DNA from: Candidatus Iainarchaeum sp.
GTDB lineage: Archaea; Iainarchaeota; Iainarchaeia; Iainarchaeales; JAFCCW01
Assembly (NCBI GenBank): GCA_017609985.1
Contig: JAFCCW010000005.1
Location: 1 to 62,776, forward strand
Direction: 5' to 3'
DNA length: 62,776 nucleotides
Below the pieces are notes generated by a model. That model had not been told where the DNA came from. It saw nothing but the letters and a program-made list of their open reading frames with translations, and made no database searches. Shown here in pieces: positions 48,828-59,234 of the stretch. Positions within the stretch are counted from its first letter, which is position 1, and the number at the start of each line of letters is the position of its first letter. Position numbers and translations under genes: made by a program.

Positions 48828-49616
48828 ATGATTGAACTTTTTGAAAATTCAAAGCTCCCAATAAAATTGGATGAAGAGGCAATGAAAATTGTTATTGGAG
48901 AAGGACTAAGCGGGGGAGAATTAAGCATTCGAACAATTGAAGACATGCAACCTGTTCTTTCCGATGACAATGTTACTGAACCAAAAGAAAGCTACTTTAT
49001 GTACCGGGATATTTTTGAAGTAGAAAAAAGGCAGGTCATGAAAGAAAACTTTGCAAGATATGACATTACACTTATTCCAAACGGATTCATGGGAGACGAA
49101 CTAATAAAGACGTTTGGTCACTACCACCCGCTTGTTCCAAAAACAGAAGTAAGCTATCCAGAAGTATACGAAGTGATAAGCGGACAGGCTCTTTACCTGC
49201 TTCAAAAAGTTGATCCTGCAAATCCAGAAAAGGTTCTTGACTTTGCAGTAATGGAAGCAAAGCAGGGAGACAAGGCAGTTATGCCACCAAACTATGGGCA
49301 TGTTACAATAAACAATGGCTCCACCCCACTTGTGATGAGCAACTGGGTTGATTCAAGATTTGAATCAGAGTATGGAAAAATTAGAGAACTAAAGGGTTTT
49401 GCATGGTACTTCAAAAAAGACAGAGTAGTTGAAAAAAATAAATTATATCAAGAAGCTCCGGAACCAAGATACATTAAAGCAGAATCTGTTCCAAAATTTG
49501 GACTAAAAACTGGAGAGCCAATGTACCAAAGCTTTTTCGAAGAACCAAGCAAATTTGAATTCCTCGGAAAACCTCAAGAGCATATGGAAACATTTAATAA
49601 AGTCTTAAAGATATAG
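48828..49616 (+). CDS. Cupin-type glucose-6-phosphate isomerase
   Basis: YFMYRD, RYDIT, KTFGHYH, PEVYEV, PP.YGH.TIN. Confidence 0.88.
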   Translation: MIELFENSKLPIKLDEEAMKIVIGEGLSGGELSIRTIEDMQPVLSDDNVTEPKESYFMYRDIFEVEKRQVMKENFARYDITLIPNGFMGDELIKTFGHYHPLVPKTEVSYPEVYEVISGQALYLLQKVDPANPEKVLDFAVMEAKQGDKAVMPPNYGHVTINNGSTPLVMSNWVDSRFESEYGKIRELKGFAWYFKKDRVVEKNKLYQEAPEPRYIKAESVPKFGLKTGEPMYQSFFEEPSKFEFLGKPQEHMETFNKVLKI

Positions 49617-49624
49617 ATAATTCC

Positions 49625-50488
49625 ATGGCCTCAATAGGAATTGACGTTGGCGGCTCAAAGATTCTAGGAATAGTTGCAGACTCAAAAGGACGAGTACACA
49701 AGAGCATTAAAGTTCCAACTCCAGCAATAGGAAGTAGAAAAGTTTTGCAAAGCATTAAAGATATTGTTCATGCTCTCTCCAATCACACAAAACCAAAAAA
49801 GATAGGAATTGGTTTTCCAGGATTTATTGAAGAAAACAGTAAAATAAAAAATCTCACAAACATAAAAGGTTTCAATAATTTTAATCTCAAAAAAAATCTT
49901 TGTTTTCCTGGCACAAAACTTGCAATAGACAATGATGTCAACTGCATGGCTCTCGCTGAAAAAAAATGGGGTGCGCTAAAAGACATAGAAAATGGACTAT
50001 GCATTACAATAGGAACAGGTGTGGGCGGCTCCCTTATTCTCAACGGAAAACTGTTCCGCGGTAGCAATGGATTTGCAGGAGAAATAGGACATATCATTGT
50101 TAAACAAGACGGATGGAAGTGTGGCTGTGGAAAAAAAGGATGCCTTGAATCAATGATAAACAAAAAAGCAGTTCGAAAACGAGCCATAAAAAAAGGTCTT
50201 GGAAATATTTCACCGCAAAAAGTAGAAGAATTATCTGAAAAAGGAAACAAGAAAGCAATAAAAGTATATGAAGAAACCGCACAATATCTCGCGATAGGGC
50301 TTGACAACGCAATACAACTATTTGACCCGGAAAAAATCGTGCTTGCCGGGGGAATATCAAACAGCAAAGTTCTCCTTAAAGAAACAATAAAACAAGTCAA
50401 GAAACTTTCAGTTTCAGGAAAAAAAGTTTTTATTCAAAAAAGCCCGCTTGGAAAAGAATCAGTTGCACTTGGCGCATCAATCTTATGA
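49625..50488 (+). CDS. ROK family sugar kinase (glucokinase-like)
   Basis: GIDVGGSK, DNDVN, GTGVGG, GEIGH, CGCG..GCLE. Confidence 0.92.
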   Translation: MASIGIDVGGSKILGIVADSKGRVHKSIKVPTPAIGSRKVLQSIKDIVHALSNHTKPKKIGIGFPGFIEENSKIKNLTNIKGFNNFNLKKNLCFPGTKLAIDNDVNCMALAEKKWGALKDIENGLCITIGTGVGGSLILNGKLFRGSNGFAGEIGHIIVKQDGWKCGCGKKGCLESMINKKAVRKRAIKKGLGNISPQKVEELSEKGNKKAIKVYEETAQYLAIGLDNAIQLFDPEKIVLAGGISNSKVLLKETIKQVKKLSVSGKKVFIQKSPLGKESVALGASIL

Positions 50489-50494
50489 AAAAAG

Positions 50495-50665
50495 CTATTT
50501 CAAACCAATATATTTGTCTTTGCAGGATTGCGAACAAAATTTCTGATAATAAAGATGAGAACCTGTGTTTTCAACCTCTTTTCCGCATTCAAGACATTTT
50601 CTCTCAACCCCATAACCAGACTTTCCCAGCTTGGATTGTTTTTTAAGATAGTGACTAAAATCCAT
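50495..50665 (-). CDS. 56-aa zinc-finger protein
   Basis: Below the ORF-track cutoff: MDFSHYLK...KCLECGK...FCSQSCKDKYIGLK. Confidence 0.7.
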   Translation of the reverse strand: MDFSHYLKKQSKLGKSGYGVERKCLECGKEVENTGSHLYYQKFCSQSCKDKYIGLK

Positions 50666-50829
50666 TCAAACCAATAACATATTCTTCGATACTGTATAAA
50701 AATATATTCAAAAAAGCAGAATTGTTCGGAATTTAAACCAATAAAGTTTTTATACTAGTTAATGTCTATAGTCACTCGCGGGTAATCTATCACCCCCGAA
50801 TTCTGTAAAGAAGGCAAAAAAAGGCAAAG

Positions 50830-50876
50830 GAGGAAAGTAAAAAAATCTGATTTATATATCTCTTTTTACTTTCCTC
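50830..50876. terminator. Long inverted repeat (hairpin)
   Basis: GAGGAAAGTAAAAA ... TTTTTACTTTCCTC. Confidence 0.45.
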
Positions 50877-50971
50877 TTATTTTTATCCAAAAATCTTCAA
50901 TCTTCAAAAATGAAAAGAATGAAAAGAATAAAAAGAATGAAAAATGAGAAAAACAAAACAAAGCTTTAATT

Positions 50972-51799
50972 ATGAGTTTGAAGATAATGCTAAAGATGAC
51001 AAAAAAAAGAATCGCAGTGTTCACTGACCTTGACGGAACACTTCTTGATCATTCAACTTATTCTTTTGATGCTGCAAAACCAGCAATAAAAATGTTGAAA
51101 AAGAACAAGATTCCACTTATTTTTTGTACTTCAAAAACAAGAGCAGAACAAGAACCGCTCAGAAAAAAAGTTGGAACAAAAGACCCTTTTATTGTAGAGG
51201 ACGGCTCTGCAATCTATATTCCAAAAGGATATTTTAAAACAAAAATCAGGTTTAGCAGAAAAACCAAAGACTATAACATAATTGAGTTCGGAACTCCATT
51301 TTCAAAAATAAAGAAAATAATGAAAGAACTCAAAAAAACAGTAGAGCTTGAAGCATTTCATGACATGAGTATTCCGGAAGTAATGAAAGACACAGGGCTT
51401 AACAGAAATATGGCAAAAAGAGCTCTTACCAGAGAATACTCAACAGGTTTTAAACTCAAAAACGAGAAAGACGAAAAAAAAGTCAGAGCATTCATGAAGA
51501 AAAAGAAACTTAACATAACTGTTGGTGGAAGATATTATCATGTATATGGGGGCGGCAGTGACAAGGGAAAAGCAGTTCTCAAGACAACAAAATTATTTGA
51601 AAAAGAATGGAAAGAAAAAGTTGAAAGCATTGCTTTAGGAGACAGCGAAAATGATTTTGCAATGCTGAAAGCAGCAGATAAAAGTACTCTTGTTGAAAGA
51701 CACAACAAGACTTTTTCTTCCGACAAATTTTGTCAAACAAAAGGAATTGGACCAATTGGATGGAATAAATTTGTAATGGAGGTGGTAAAAAATGATTAA
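50972..51799 (+). CDS. Mannosyl/glucosyl-3-phosphoglycerate phosphatase (HAD IIB)
   Basis: FTDLDGTLLD, CTSKTRAE, PFIVEDG, REYS, LGDSEND, GP.GWN. Confidence 0.9.
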   Translation: MSLKIMLKMTKKRIAVFTDLDGTLLDHSTYSFDAAKPAIKMLKKNKIPLIFCTSKTRAEQEPLRKKVGTKDPFIVEDGSAIYIPKGYFKTKIRFSRKTKDYNIIEFGTPFSKIKKIMKELKKTVELEAFHDMSIPEVMKDTGLNRNMAKRALTREYSTGFKLKNEKDEKKVRAFMKKKKLNITVGGRYYHVYGGGSDKGKAVLKTTKLFEKEWKEKVESIALGDSENDFAMLKAADKSTLVERHNKTFSSDKFCQTKGIGPIGWNKFVMEVVKND

Positions 51800-52979
51800 C
51801 GCTAAAAAAGCAGAAGAAATATATCAAAAAAGCATTGAAGTTCTCAAAAGCGTTCAGCTTGACAATGGAGGCTGTCTTGCAACTCCAAAAGGAAAAAGAT
51901 ATCCCTTTGTTTACCCAAGAGACAACGCAATATGCATTCTTGGATTTATTGATGCTGGAATGCTTGAAGAAGCAAAAAGAGGACTTGAATTTATAATGAA
52001 AACACAGCGTAGAGAAGGCGCATTTCCTCAAAGAGTTGACACAAAGGGAAAAGACGCAAGCTACAAACCTATTCAGATTGACAGCACAGCACTTACAATT
52101 TATGCGTTCTCAAAATATTTTGAAAAAAGCGGAGACAAAGCATTTCTTGAAAAAAATTTTCCAAAATTAATCAAATCAGGAGAATACATTGTTAAAAATT
52201 TCCAAAAAGATAAAAATCTTGTTTTTACGCCAAACTCAATATTTGAATTTCCTCCTTTAGAAAAAGGACTTGAAATATGGGCTAATTCAACCTGTTGTGC
52301 AGCCATGAAAGAGCTTGGCAAAATGTCAAAAGCTCTTGGAAAAAACGGAAAAAAATGGACAGAATACAATACATTAATCAAAAAAGGAATCAAAAAATAT
52401 CTCTGGAGCAACAGGCTCAATGCATTCATAAAAAATGTAAGACTTAAGGAATCAAGTTCAGTGGACTCAAATCCGGAAGCTTCAGTTGCAGGACTTCCTG
52501 ATTTCGGAGTATTAAGTGATAAAGACAAAAAAGTAAAATCAACAATGAAAAGAATAGACCAAGAACTATGGGACAAAAAACTCGGCGGAATATGCAGATA
52601 CAAAAAATATATTGGACGAAACAACGGAGGCTATGGAGCTTGGCCCATGTTTTCATTAATGCTGTGCAGGCATTATATCAGAATAAATGACAGAAAAAAT
52701 GCTGACAGACATCTTAACTGGGTTATAAAAATTTCATACAAAAACCTGTTGCCGGAACATATTTCCACAACAAAAGAGTTCGAAGAATATGTGCAAGATT
52801 ACACTGACGGCGGAGTCCTAAGACCAGACAGACTTGTTCTGATAAAAAATGCAAGAAAACATCCTTTATTCAAAAAAGGGATTGCATATAGTACAACTCC
52901 TTTAATGTGGAGTCATGCAGAATTTATTAGAACCTGGGTTTTGTACAAGAAAGTCTTTAAGAAAAATAAGAAAAGCTAA
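51792..52979 (+). CDS. Glycoside hydrolase family 15-like protein
   Basis: YPFVYPRD, QID, G..RY, W, LPEH, PLMWSHAE. Confidence 0.8.
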   Translation: MINAKKAEEIYQKSIEVLKSVQLDNGGCLATPKGKRYPFVYPRDNAICILGFIDAGMLEEAKRGLEFIMKTQRREGAFPQRVDTKGKDASYKPIQIDSTALTIYAFSKYFEKSGDKAFLEKNFPKLIKSGEYIVKNFQKDKNLVFTPNSIFEFPPLEKGLEIWANSTCCAAMKELGKMSKALGKNGKKWTEYNTLIKKGIKKYLWSNRLNAFIKNVRLKESSSVDSNPEASVAGLPDFGVLSDKDKKVKSTMKRIDQELWDKKLGGICRYKKYIGRNNGGYGAWPMFSLMLCRHYIRINDRKNADRHLNWVIKISYKNLLPEHISTTKEFEEYVQDYTDGGVLRPDRLVLIKNARKHPLFKKGIAYSTTPLMWSHAEFIRTWVLYKKVFKKNKKS

Positions 52980-54031
52980 AATTCTTCAATTTCTTTCTTG
53001 AACTTTCTTCTATACTCATTCAAAGTAATAATTGGAGGTCTCTGAGTCTCAACTATCTCCTTTTTTCTGAGATGATAGTTTACTTTTCTCTTTTCTTTTT
53101 CGCTCTGCACAAGAGTATATGTTTTCTTTATTTTTTTTACAAGAATAAGCTTTCCGAGAGTATTAGCTCTCTTAGAAAAAACCTGAAGAATTCCAAAAGA
53201 CATTTCACTCAATTGTGAAAGATCGCTTGGCTTGTGCTTTAAACTAACAAGATCAACCTGACCCATAGACTTTAATCCAAACTTTTTGTCGACGTCAATA
53301 AGCATTCCTGTTTCAACACCATATCCTGTAAAAAAAGGAATTCTTTCAAACACGCCCCTATATCCAGCACACTGCCCGCTCAAAGGTTGAATAAATCCGC
53401 TGAGTGAAGGAAAATACATATTGAAAAGAGGCCTGACAAGAAGTTCAGTGACTCTGCCACCCCCAAGAGGTTCCTTGTAACGCCTTGCTTTTGCAGGGCG
53501 CTGAAAGAAAGCTTTTGTAAACTTTATTTTATTGTTTGTTAACAATGGTCCAACAAGACCGTAAACATATCTGGGGTGAATATTTTCAATATCCGCATCA
53601 ATCCAGATAATAATGTCTCCTTTTGCAAGATAAAGAGACTTCCAAAGATTCTCTCCCTTCCCTCTTGCTTTTCCGCGTCTCTTCAAAATCTTTTTTGCCT
53701 TATAAAAAGGAATTCCAAGACCTTCAACAATCTCCTTTGTTCCGTCCGTACTTCCGCTGTCAATAACAATAATTTCATCAATAAGTTTTCTGTGATCCAT
53801 CAAAGCTGATTTTAGAACAGAGATAACTTTGCCGACAGATTTTTCCTCGTTAAGCGTGGGAATACAGAGGCTTATCGAATGCTTGCCTTTGCGCTTGAGC
53901 TTTATAAGACGCTTTACGTCAGAATAACTCTGACTCTTAAAAGTGTTTTTTTCAAACCAGTCACAGACTCTCAAATCAGAGCACCAACTTTTGAATAAAA
54001 CTCCAAAATGTTTAAAAAGCACTCTAAACAA
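52976..54031 (-). CDS. gpgS: Glucosyl-3-phosphoglycerate synthase
   Basis: PTLNEE, DSGSTD, GKGENLWKSL, IDAD, GGRVTEL.VRP, QPLSG, GYGVE. Confidence 0.9.
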   Translation of the reverse strand: MFRVLFKHFGVLFKSWCSDLRVCDWFEKNTFKSQSYSDVKRLIKLKRKGKHSISLCIPTLNEEKSVGKVISVLKSALMDHRKLIDEIIVIDSGSTDGTKEIVEGLGIPFYKAKKILKRRGKARGKGENLWKSLYLAKGDIIIWIDADIENIHPRYVYGLVGPLLTNNKIKFTKAFFQRPAKARRYKEPLGGGRVTELLVRPLFNMYFPSLSGFIQPLSGQCAGYRGVFERIPFFTGYGVETGMLIDVDKKFGLKSMGQVDLVSLKHKPSDLSQLSEMSFGILQVFSKRANTLGKLILVKKIKKTYTLVQSEKEKRKVNYHLRKKEIVETQRPPIITLNEYRRKFKKEIEEF

Positions 54032-54671
54032 GACAGGAAAAATCAGAAAGAACTATTTCAGAATCGTTAACAGCTTCCTTAAACTCGGAACTCAAAAGCA
54101 TTTTAAGGTCTTTTTCTTCTCTTTCCCGATTAAGAGAACTCTTACTTTCCGCTCCAAAATAACCTGGGTGAACCATTAGTTCAGTTACTCCGTTATCAAG
54201 AGACCCAAGGCTAAGAATTATTTCCTCAACCGAAAGGTTAAGAGAATTAATAAATGCGTCAGGAGTCTGCACTCCTTTCTTTTTCAACAAGTCCCTTGTT
54301 TTGAAATCCTTTGAACGAACTGGAAGAGATTTTTCCAGAGCAAAATCTGAAACATAGTCAATCACTTCTTTTCTTTCATCAGAAAATTTGTGAAAATCAA
54401 TATGTGTGGGAAGCCTGCTGAAAACTTTTTCAAAAACATAAAACTGTTCTTCAACAGCTGAACCCAACTCCTGTTTTCCAATATTTTTTAAATCCAAATG
54501 AAGTCCAATTCCAACATCAAGCTTGTCAATAAGACGAGGATTAAGGTTTTTGTTTTTAACCAACGCAGTAGTGCTGGTTACTGAACCAGCATTTATGCAT
54601 TCAATTATTCCTTTATCAAAAGAAGGAAAATATCCATAGTCGTCTGCATTCACAATAAGAAGTTTTTTCAC
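54024..54671 (-). CDS. ChbG/HpnK (YdjC) family deacetylase
   Basis: LIVNADDYG, GLHL, PTHID.H, ELMVHPG. Confidence 0.9.
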   Translation of the reverse strand: MKKLLIVNADDYGYFPSFDKGIIECINAGSVTSTTALVKNKNLNPRLIDKLDVGIGLHLDLKNIGKQELGSAVEEQFYVFEKVFSRLPTHIDFHKFSDERKEVIDYVSDFALEKSLPVRSKDFKTRDLLKKKGVQTPDAFINSLNLSVEEIILSLGSLDNGVTELMVHPGYFGAESKSSLNREREEKDLKMLLSSEFKEAVNDSEIVLSDFSCLV

Positions 54672-54898
54672 AACATCCCCTTGCCTGCTTTTCTCATTTT
54701 TCTATAACATTTCTTGTGCCAGAACTGACCAGCCCATTTTTTGTCACACTCTGTGCCACCGCACAAAGCACAAGTGCTTTCAGCATATTTTGCTTCATTA
54801 GAATCTTCCCGAACATCCTGATTTTCTTCGTCCTCTTCTATTTCCCGAGATTCGGAAGCACCATCTTTTTTTCCCTTTAACTTGTCAAGCAAACCCAT
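54668..54898 (-). CDS. Small putative Zn-binding protein
   Basis: CALCG...WHKKC. Confidence 0.6.
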   Translation of the reverse strand: MGLLDKLKGKKDGASESREIEEDEENQDVREDSNEAKYAESTCALCGGTECDKKWAGQFWHKKCYRKMRKAGKGML

Positions 54899-54958
54899 TA
54901 AACCACCAATAATATAACTGGAATACAACTTAAAAGACTTTTTAACAAGATAATAAGT

Positions 54959-56083
54959 ATGTCCAGAAAACTTACTTTTGTTATACCCACATATTCAGGA
55001 GTATTGCTCGGAACAAACAAGCTTGAACAACTGCTTGATTCACTGGCAAACTGCAACAGCAAAAATTTCCGCACAATACTGTTAAACACCTGCAGTGCAG
55101 AAAACAAAGAAGCAGAAATAAAAATTTCAGAGCTTGTTAAAAAATACAATAAAAGATTTCCCACAATATCCTCTTCAGAAAAAGAAGTCAAACTTGTGAA
55201 AAATTTATTTGAGAGAGAAGGTTTTTCAAGACTTGCGAAAGAAACAAATCTTAATCCTTTTTCAAATTTCAGAAACTTCGGTTTAATAACTGCAATAGCA
55301 ACAGACTCTGAAATCATTGCCTTAATTGATGATGACCAAGTAATCCAAAACCAAAAATTCCCAGAGCTTGCGACAGACGGAATTGGAGAAAAGTTTAATG
55401 GAAAAAAAATACTCGGAAAAACAGGATACTATCTTTACGAAGACTGCTTTGAACTCCCACCCCAGAAAAAAAATATTGAAGAAAACTTTCCAGTTGCAAC
55501 CATGATGAACAAAACATTCAAACAAATGATTGAAAGTAAAGGCAGATACTGTGAAACAAGAATTGCCTTGGGAGGAGCAATGATTTTAGAGCAAGAACTT
55601 TTTTCAGAGATTCCCTTTGACCCTCATTGTCTAAGAGGAGAAGACTGCAGTTATACAGTAAGCTGTAAAAACTACGATAAAAAATTTGTTTTCGATAGTG
55701 AACTCGCAATTATTCACAACCCAATCAGAGAAACAGAAGAATTTGAAAGAGCATTCCTAAGAAACATCTACAGATTTATGTATGAAAGAAACAGAATAAA
55801 ACACTTCGGCATAAAAAGCCATGACCTTGACCCATACCCAGGATTCTTTCTCAAAGAAAATTTTGAAGAACTAGCACAAAAAACTTCTGAAGAACTCAAA
55901 AAACAGTTCCCTAACTTTCTTGAAAAACATGGCGGCTTTGAAAAAGTTATTAACAAAGCAAGAGAATTTGCTATTCAAAAAACAGGGCATTATCCTGAAT
56001 TCAAAAAAGAATGGAAAAAAGCAATGACTGCAATAAAAGAAGATGAAGAACTTTGCTTAACCATAAATAAATTTCAGGAATAA
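54959..56083 (+). CDS. GT-A fold glycosyltransferase-like protein
   Basis: VIPTY, SNFRN, IDDD, PFDP..RGED, PYPG.FL. Confidence 0.75.
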   Translation: MSRKLTFVIPTYSGVLLGTNKLEQLLDSLANCNSKNFRTILLNTCSAENKEAEIKISELVKKYNKRFPTISSSEKEVKLVKNLFEREGFSRLAKETNLNPFSNFRNFGLITAIATDSEIIALIDDDQVIQNQKFPELATDGIGEKFNGKKILGKTGYYLYEDCFELPPQKKNIEENFPVATMMNKTFKQMIESKGRYCETRIALGGAMILEQELFSEIPFDPHCLRGEDCSYTVSCKNYDKKFVFDSELAIIHNPIRETEEFERAFLRNIYRFMYERNRIKHFGIKSHDLDPYPGFFLKENFEELAQKTSEELKKQFPNFLEKHGGFEKVINKAREFAIQKTGHYPEFKKEWKKAMTAIKEDEELCLTINKFQE

Positions 56084-57282
56084 ACAATTTTCTTGAACTT
56101 TTTTCTGATATTTTTGTCTTTATCAAACAAGCCCATCATTTCCTTCCATTTTCTCTGAAATTCCACATACTCCAAAAAATGATTTGATTTATCCTTGTCA
56201 ATTTTGTTGATTGATTCCAGTGTCTTGTTAACATTTTTAATGGAAGAAAAATCATCATAAATTTGATAATAGTCTTTGAGTGCAAGATTCGCCTGCTTAA
56301 ATAAATCAATGCAATCATCATTAAGAAAGCTTCCAGGATATGGTTCCATATACTCGGGCAAAATTCTGTGAACTCCTTCAACTGGCTCTTGCAAAACAAG
56401 CTTTTTGTACTCATAAATAAAACGTTCAGTATCACTTCTGAGAAGACGCCATAGAGGCTGAGTAAAAATCGGAGGCCAATGTTCTATTGAAAACTGATTA
56501 TGAAAATAAAACGGCTTGTTAAACATTCTTGCATTGATTGCATAATCCATATCTTCTCCACGCACTACTTTTGGATCAAAAGGAACCTCCATAAAAAGCT
56601 TTTTTGAAACAGCCATGTTTCCACCTAAAACAAAAAATGTTGGCTCAAGCCTTGGCTTTATAGAATCCCCAATCAGAGACTTCAATGTTTCATTCATTGC
56701 AAGCTCTCTGTTGAACTGTTTCCCCCAAGGATAAATTCTTTCATTCTTCCACTCTCCGTTTCGAGTATAAAAACCTGAAAGCCCAAGAACTTCTCTGCCA
56801 AAAACAACTTTTCCAAGAGATTCTCGAACAAGACTTAAGTGATTAGGATTACAAAAAAGTTCATCATCATCAACAAGAACAACAGAACTTTTTCCAAGAA
56901 GATGAGGAATAGCAAGACACATGTTTCTAATATTTGAATAACCATACAAACTGAGAATATTCTTGTGGTCATCCGAATCAAGAAATTCCCTAAATTCGTC
57001 AAAATGAGAGTGCTTGAAGAGAGTAATGTTCACACCGCAGTTAACATCTTCCAAAACCTGTTCAACACGCTCTTCCACTTCTTGAACAATATCTGAAGAC
57101 GTAGCACAGGCAAGAATTACTAACTCAAAATTTTTATCTTTAAGAGAAGAAATGCTTTCAACAGCACGCCTTATTGTTCCAGGCATATCCAACGGAGTTG
57201 GATGATCATAAGGCTGATCATTTTCCCTTAGCTCATGGCCTTCCCGGCCCCAATAAGTTGGAATAACCACTGCAATACTCAT
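56074..57282 (-). CDS. GT-A fold glycosyltransferase-like protein (paralog)
   Basis: VVIPTYW, YDHPTP, YSNIRN, VDDDE, PFDP..RGEDMDY, PYPG.FL. Confidence 0.78.
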   Translation of the reverse strand: MSIAVVIPTYWGREGHELRENDQPYDHPTPLDMPGTIRRAVESISSLKDKNFELVILACATSSDIVQEVEERVEQVLEDVNCGVNITLFKHSHFDEFREFLDSDDHKNILSLYGYSNIRNMCLAIPHLLGKSSVVLVDDDELFCNPNHLSLVRESLGKVVFGREVLGLSGFYTRNGEWKNERIYPWGKQFNRELAMNETLKSLIGDSIKPRLEPTFFVLGGNMAVSKKLFMEVPFDPKVVRGEDMDYAINARMFNKPFYFHNQFSIEHWPPIFTQPLWRLLRSDTERFIYEYKKLVLQEPVEGVHRILPEYMEPYPGSFLNDDCIDLFKQANLALKDYYQIYDDFSSIKNVNKTLESINKIDKDKSNHFLEYVEFQRKWKEMMGLFDKDKNIRKKFKKIVYS

Positions 57283-57318
57283 TCTTAAAATAAAAGCACT
57301 AAACTTTAAAAACATGGG

Positions 57319-58989
57319 TTAAAATTTGCGAGCAATCTTTTGGATTAGTTCATTAATTGAAGAAATTCTCTGTTTCTGCCAATGAATTCTTTCCTCAAGC
57401 CTGTCCAGAAATTCTTTTTCAAAAATTGTTCGCTTTTTATTATCCCTCATATTCCCAATTTTTTTCTCAAGATATCTAAACGTGTTCAGCTCAAAATCAA
57501 TCCTGTGCTTTAGGGCTGAAAGTGTTTTTCTATCCTGTAACGAAAGCCCTGTTTTAAATAAAAGTGTTTCAATTGCTAAATCAAGGTTTTTGATTCTTGC
57601 ACGCTCGTCTCTAAATACTCTTGAAATAGGATCAAGTATTTTTTGCGCAGTAGTTTTGCTTTTCAAAACAACAACAGAAGAAGTTTGTTGAACAGTACTT
57701 GGAATTTCATTCAAAATAATGTTTCTAAAAACAAAATATGAAGAAAATCTTTCAGTTCTGGGCTCTTCAAGTTGTACAAGAAAGACAAGTGAAACAAGCC
57801 TTATGATTCCACTTGCTAAAAAAACCATTTTCAAATCATCAAGAAACATAAAAGAAAAACCAGAAAACCAGCCTGCAAACACACCCCCTAACAAAGGACC
57901 GATAAAAGTAGGAATGCCAACAATTGAAGCAATGACTGCAATGTACATTGGTCTTTTTGTTTTTGGAGTAATGTCGAGCAAGTAGTTAAAGATAGAGAGA
58001 TTAAAACCACCCCACACAATTCCTGCAAAAAAGTTTGCCAAAACAGCTTGCTCTGGAGAAAAAACAAAAAGCCAAACAAAAGGAACCAAAGCAATTCCCA
58101 AAGTGCTGATTATTGTCGAAGCACGATTGCCAAATTTGTTGCTCACCCGCCCCCAAACCCCCATGGAAATAAGCGTTCCAAGAGCTAGAGAAAAGGTAAT
58201 TGCTGAAACCCACATAGGATGAGCATTAAGATTATTCAAAACATAAGCATGCCAAAAAGGACTTGCGATCCCAATCCCAAGATTTAAGATAAGATAAAAA
58301 ATAACAAAGATTTTGAAATTTGGTTGTCGCACTAGGTTTTTAATTGACTGAGAAATATCAGGAATAATTTCTTCTTTTTCAAAACCAGGGTCGTCCAGCT
58401 TTTTAATAAAAATGAAACAAAGCAATCCAAAAAATCCGGCAATCCCGAAGAACATCCAGTAACCAACAAAGCTATCTTTTGAAAAACAGGAAAGAACAAG
58501 AACAGAAAAAATAAGAACAAGAATAGTCGCAATAGCCATAAGCCTGTTTCTTGAGCCAAAGTAAGAGCTTCTCAGTTCAACAGGAACAATATCACCCATT
58601 ATTGAGACCCAAGCAGGAGAATAAATACTTGCAAGAAAAGCAGACAAAGAAACAAGAATCATCAGAGCAATCAATGCAGTCCCAGGAAAAAAAACAGGAA
58701 GCAAAGCAATCGGAATCCAAACAACTCTTGAAAAAAGCGAAGCAAAAGCAGCGATTTTTTTTCGGTCACTTCCCAGTTGAACAAGCCTTGCAGACGGAAT
58801 CTGACCAATCAATCCAAAAAAAGCATTAATCGCAACTAACAACCCAAGCTCAAAATTATTTGCACCAAGCAAAACAGCAAAAACAACAAGAAAAGGAGTT
58901 GTAAGATAAGTATAAGCAGTTGAAAAAACTCCCTCTAACTTAACCATTCGAAGATTTTTATTAAATCCACTAGATTCAATATTTTCCAT
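57319..58989 (-). CDS. MFS transporter with soluble C-terminal extension
   Basis: About 12 TM helices, W...MGDIVP..LR..YFG.R, WGRVSNKFGNR. Confidence 0.88.
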   Translation of the reverse strand: MENIESSGFNKNLRMVKLEGVFSTAYTYLTTPFLVVFAVLLGANNFELGLLVAINAFFGLIGQIPSARLVQLGSDRKKIAAFASLFSRVVWIPIALLPVFFPGTALIALMILVSLSAFLASIYSPAWVSIMGDIVPVELRSSYFGSRNRLMAIATILVLIFSVLVLSCFSKDSFVGYWMFFGIAGFFGLLCFIFIKKLDDPGFEKEEIIPDISQSIKNLVRQPNFKIFVIFYLILNLGIGIASPFWHAYVLNNLNAHPMWVSAITFSLALGTLISMGVWGRVSNKFGNRASTIISTLGIALVPFVWLFVFSPEQAVLANFFAGIVWGGFNLSIFNYLLDITPKTKRPMYIAVIASIVGIPTFIGPLLGGVFAGWFSGFSFMFLDDLKMVFLASGIIRLVSLVFLVQLEEPRTERFSSYFVFRNIILNEIPSTVQQTSSVVVLKSKTTAQKILDPISRVFRDERARIKNLDLAIETLLFKTGLSLQDRKTLSALKHRIDFELNTFRYLEKKIGNMRDNKKRTIFEKEFLDRLEERIHWQKQRISSINELIQKIARKF

Positions 58990-59027
58990 ACAAGCATAAA
59001 AAGAGAAATTGATTTAAAAGACTTGAA

Positions 59028-59100
59028 TAGCCCGGGGGTGATTCGAACACCCGTCACAGGGTTCAAAGCCCTGCATACTTGGCCACTATACTACCGGGCT
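59028..59100 (-). tRNA. tRNA-Gln(TTG)
   Basis: AGCCCGG...CAGGG-CTTTGAA-CCCTG...GTTCGAATC...CCGGGCTA; A1-U72 pair typical of archaeal tRNA-Gln. Confidence 0.93.
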
Positions 59101-59234
59101 ATTAATAAAATCTTATAACCAAATCTTTATTATTCTGCCCCTGCAAGGCTATTCTTCGTAAGGCAATAAATTACGAAAAAATCATCAGAAACGGTTTAAA
59201 AACTTTTAGTTATGCAATCTTTATTACTTATTTT

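Noticed and set aside
49783-50400. 205-aa antisense ORF and the many similar antisense ORFs
   Set aside because: They mirror well-supported genes and are expected from the strong purine-rich codon bias.
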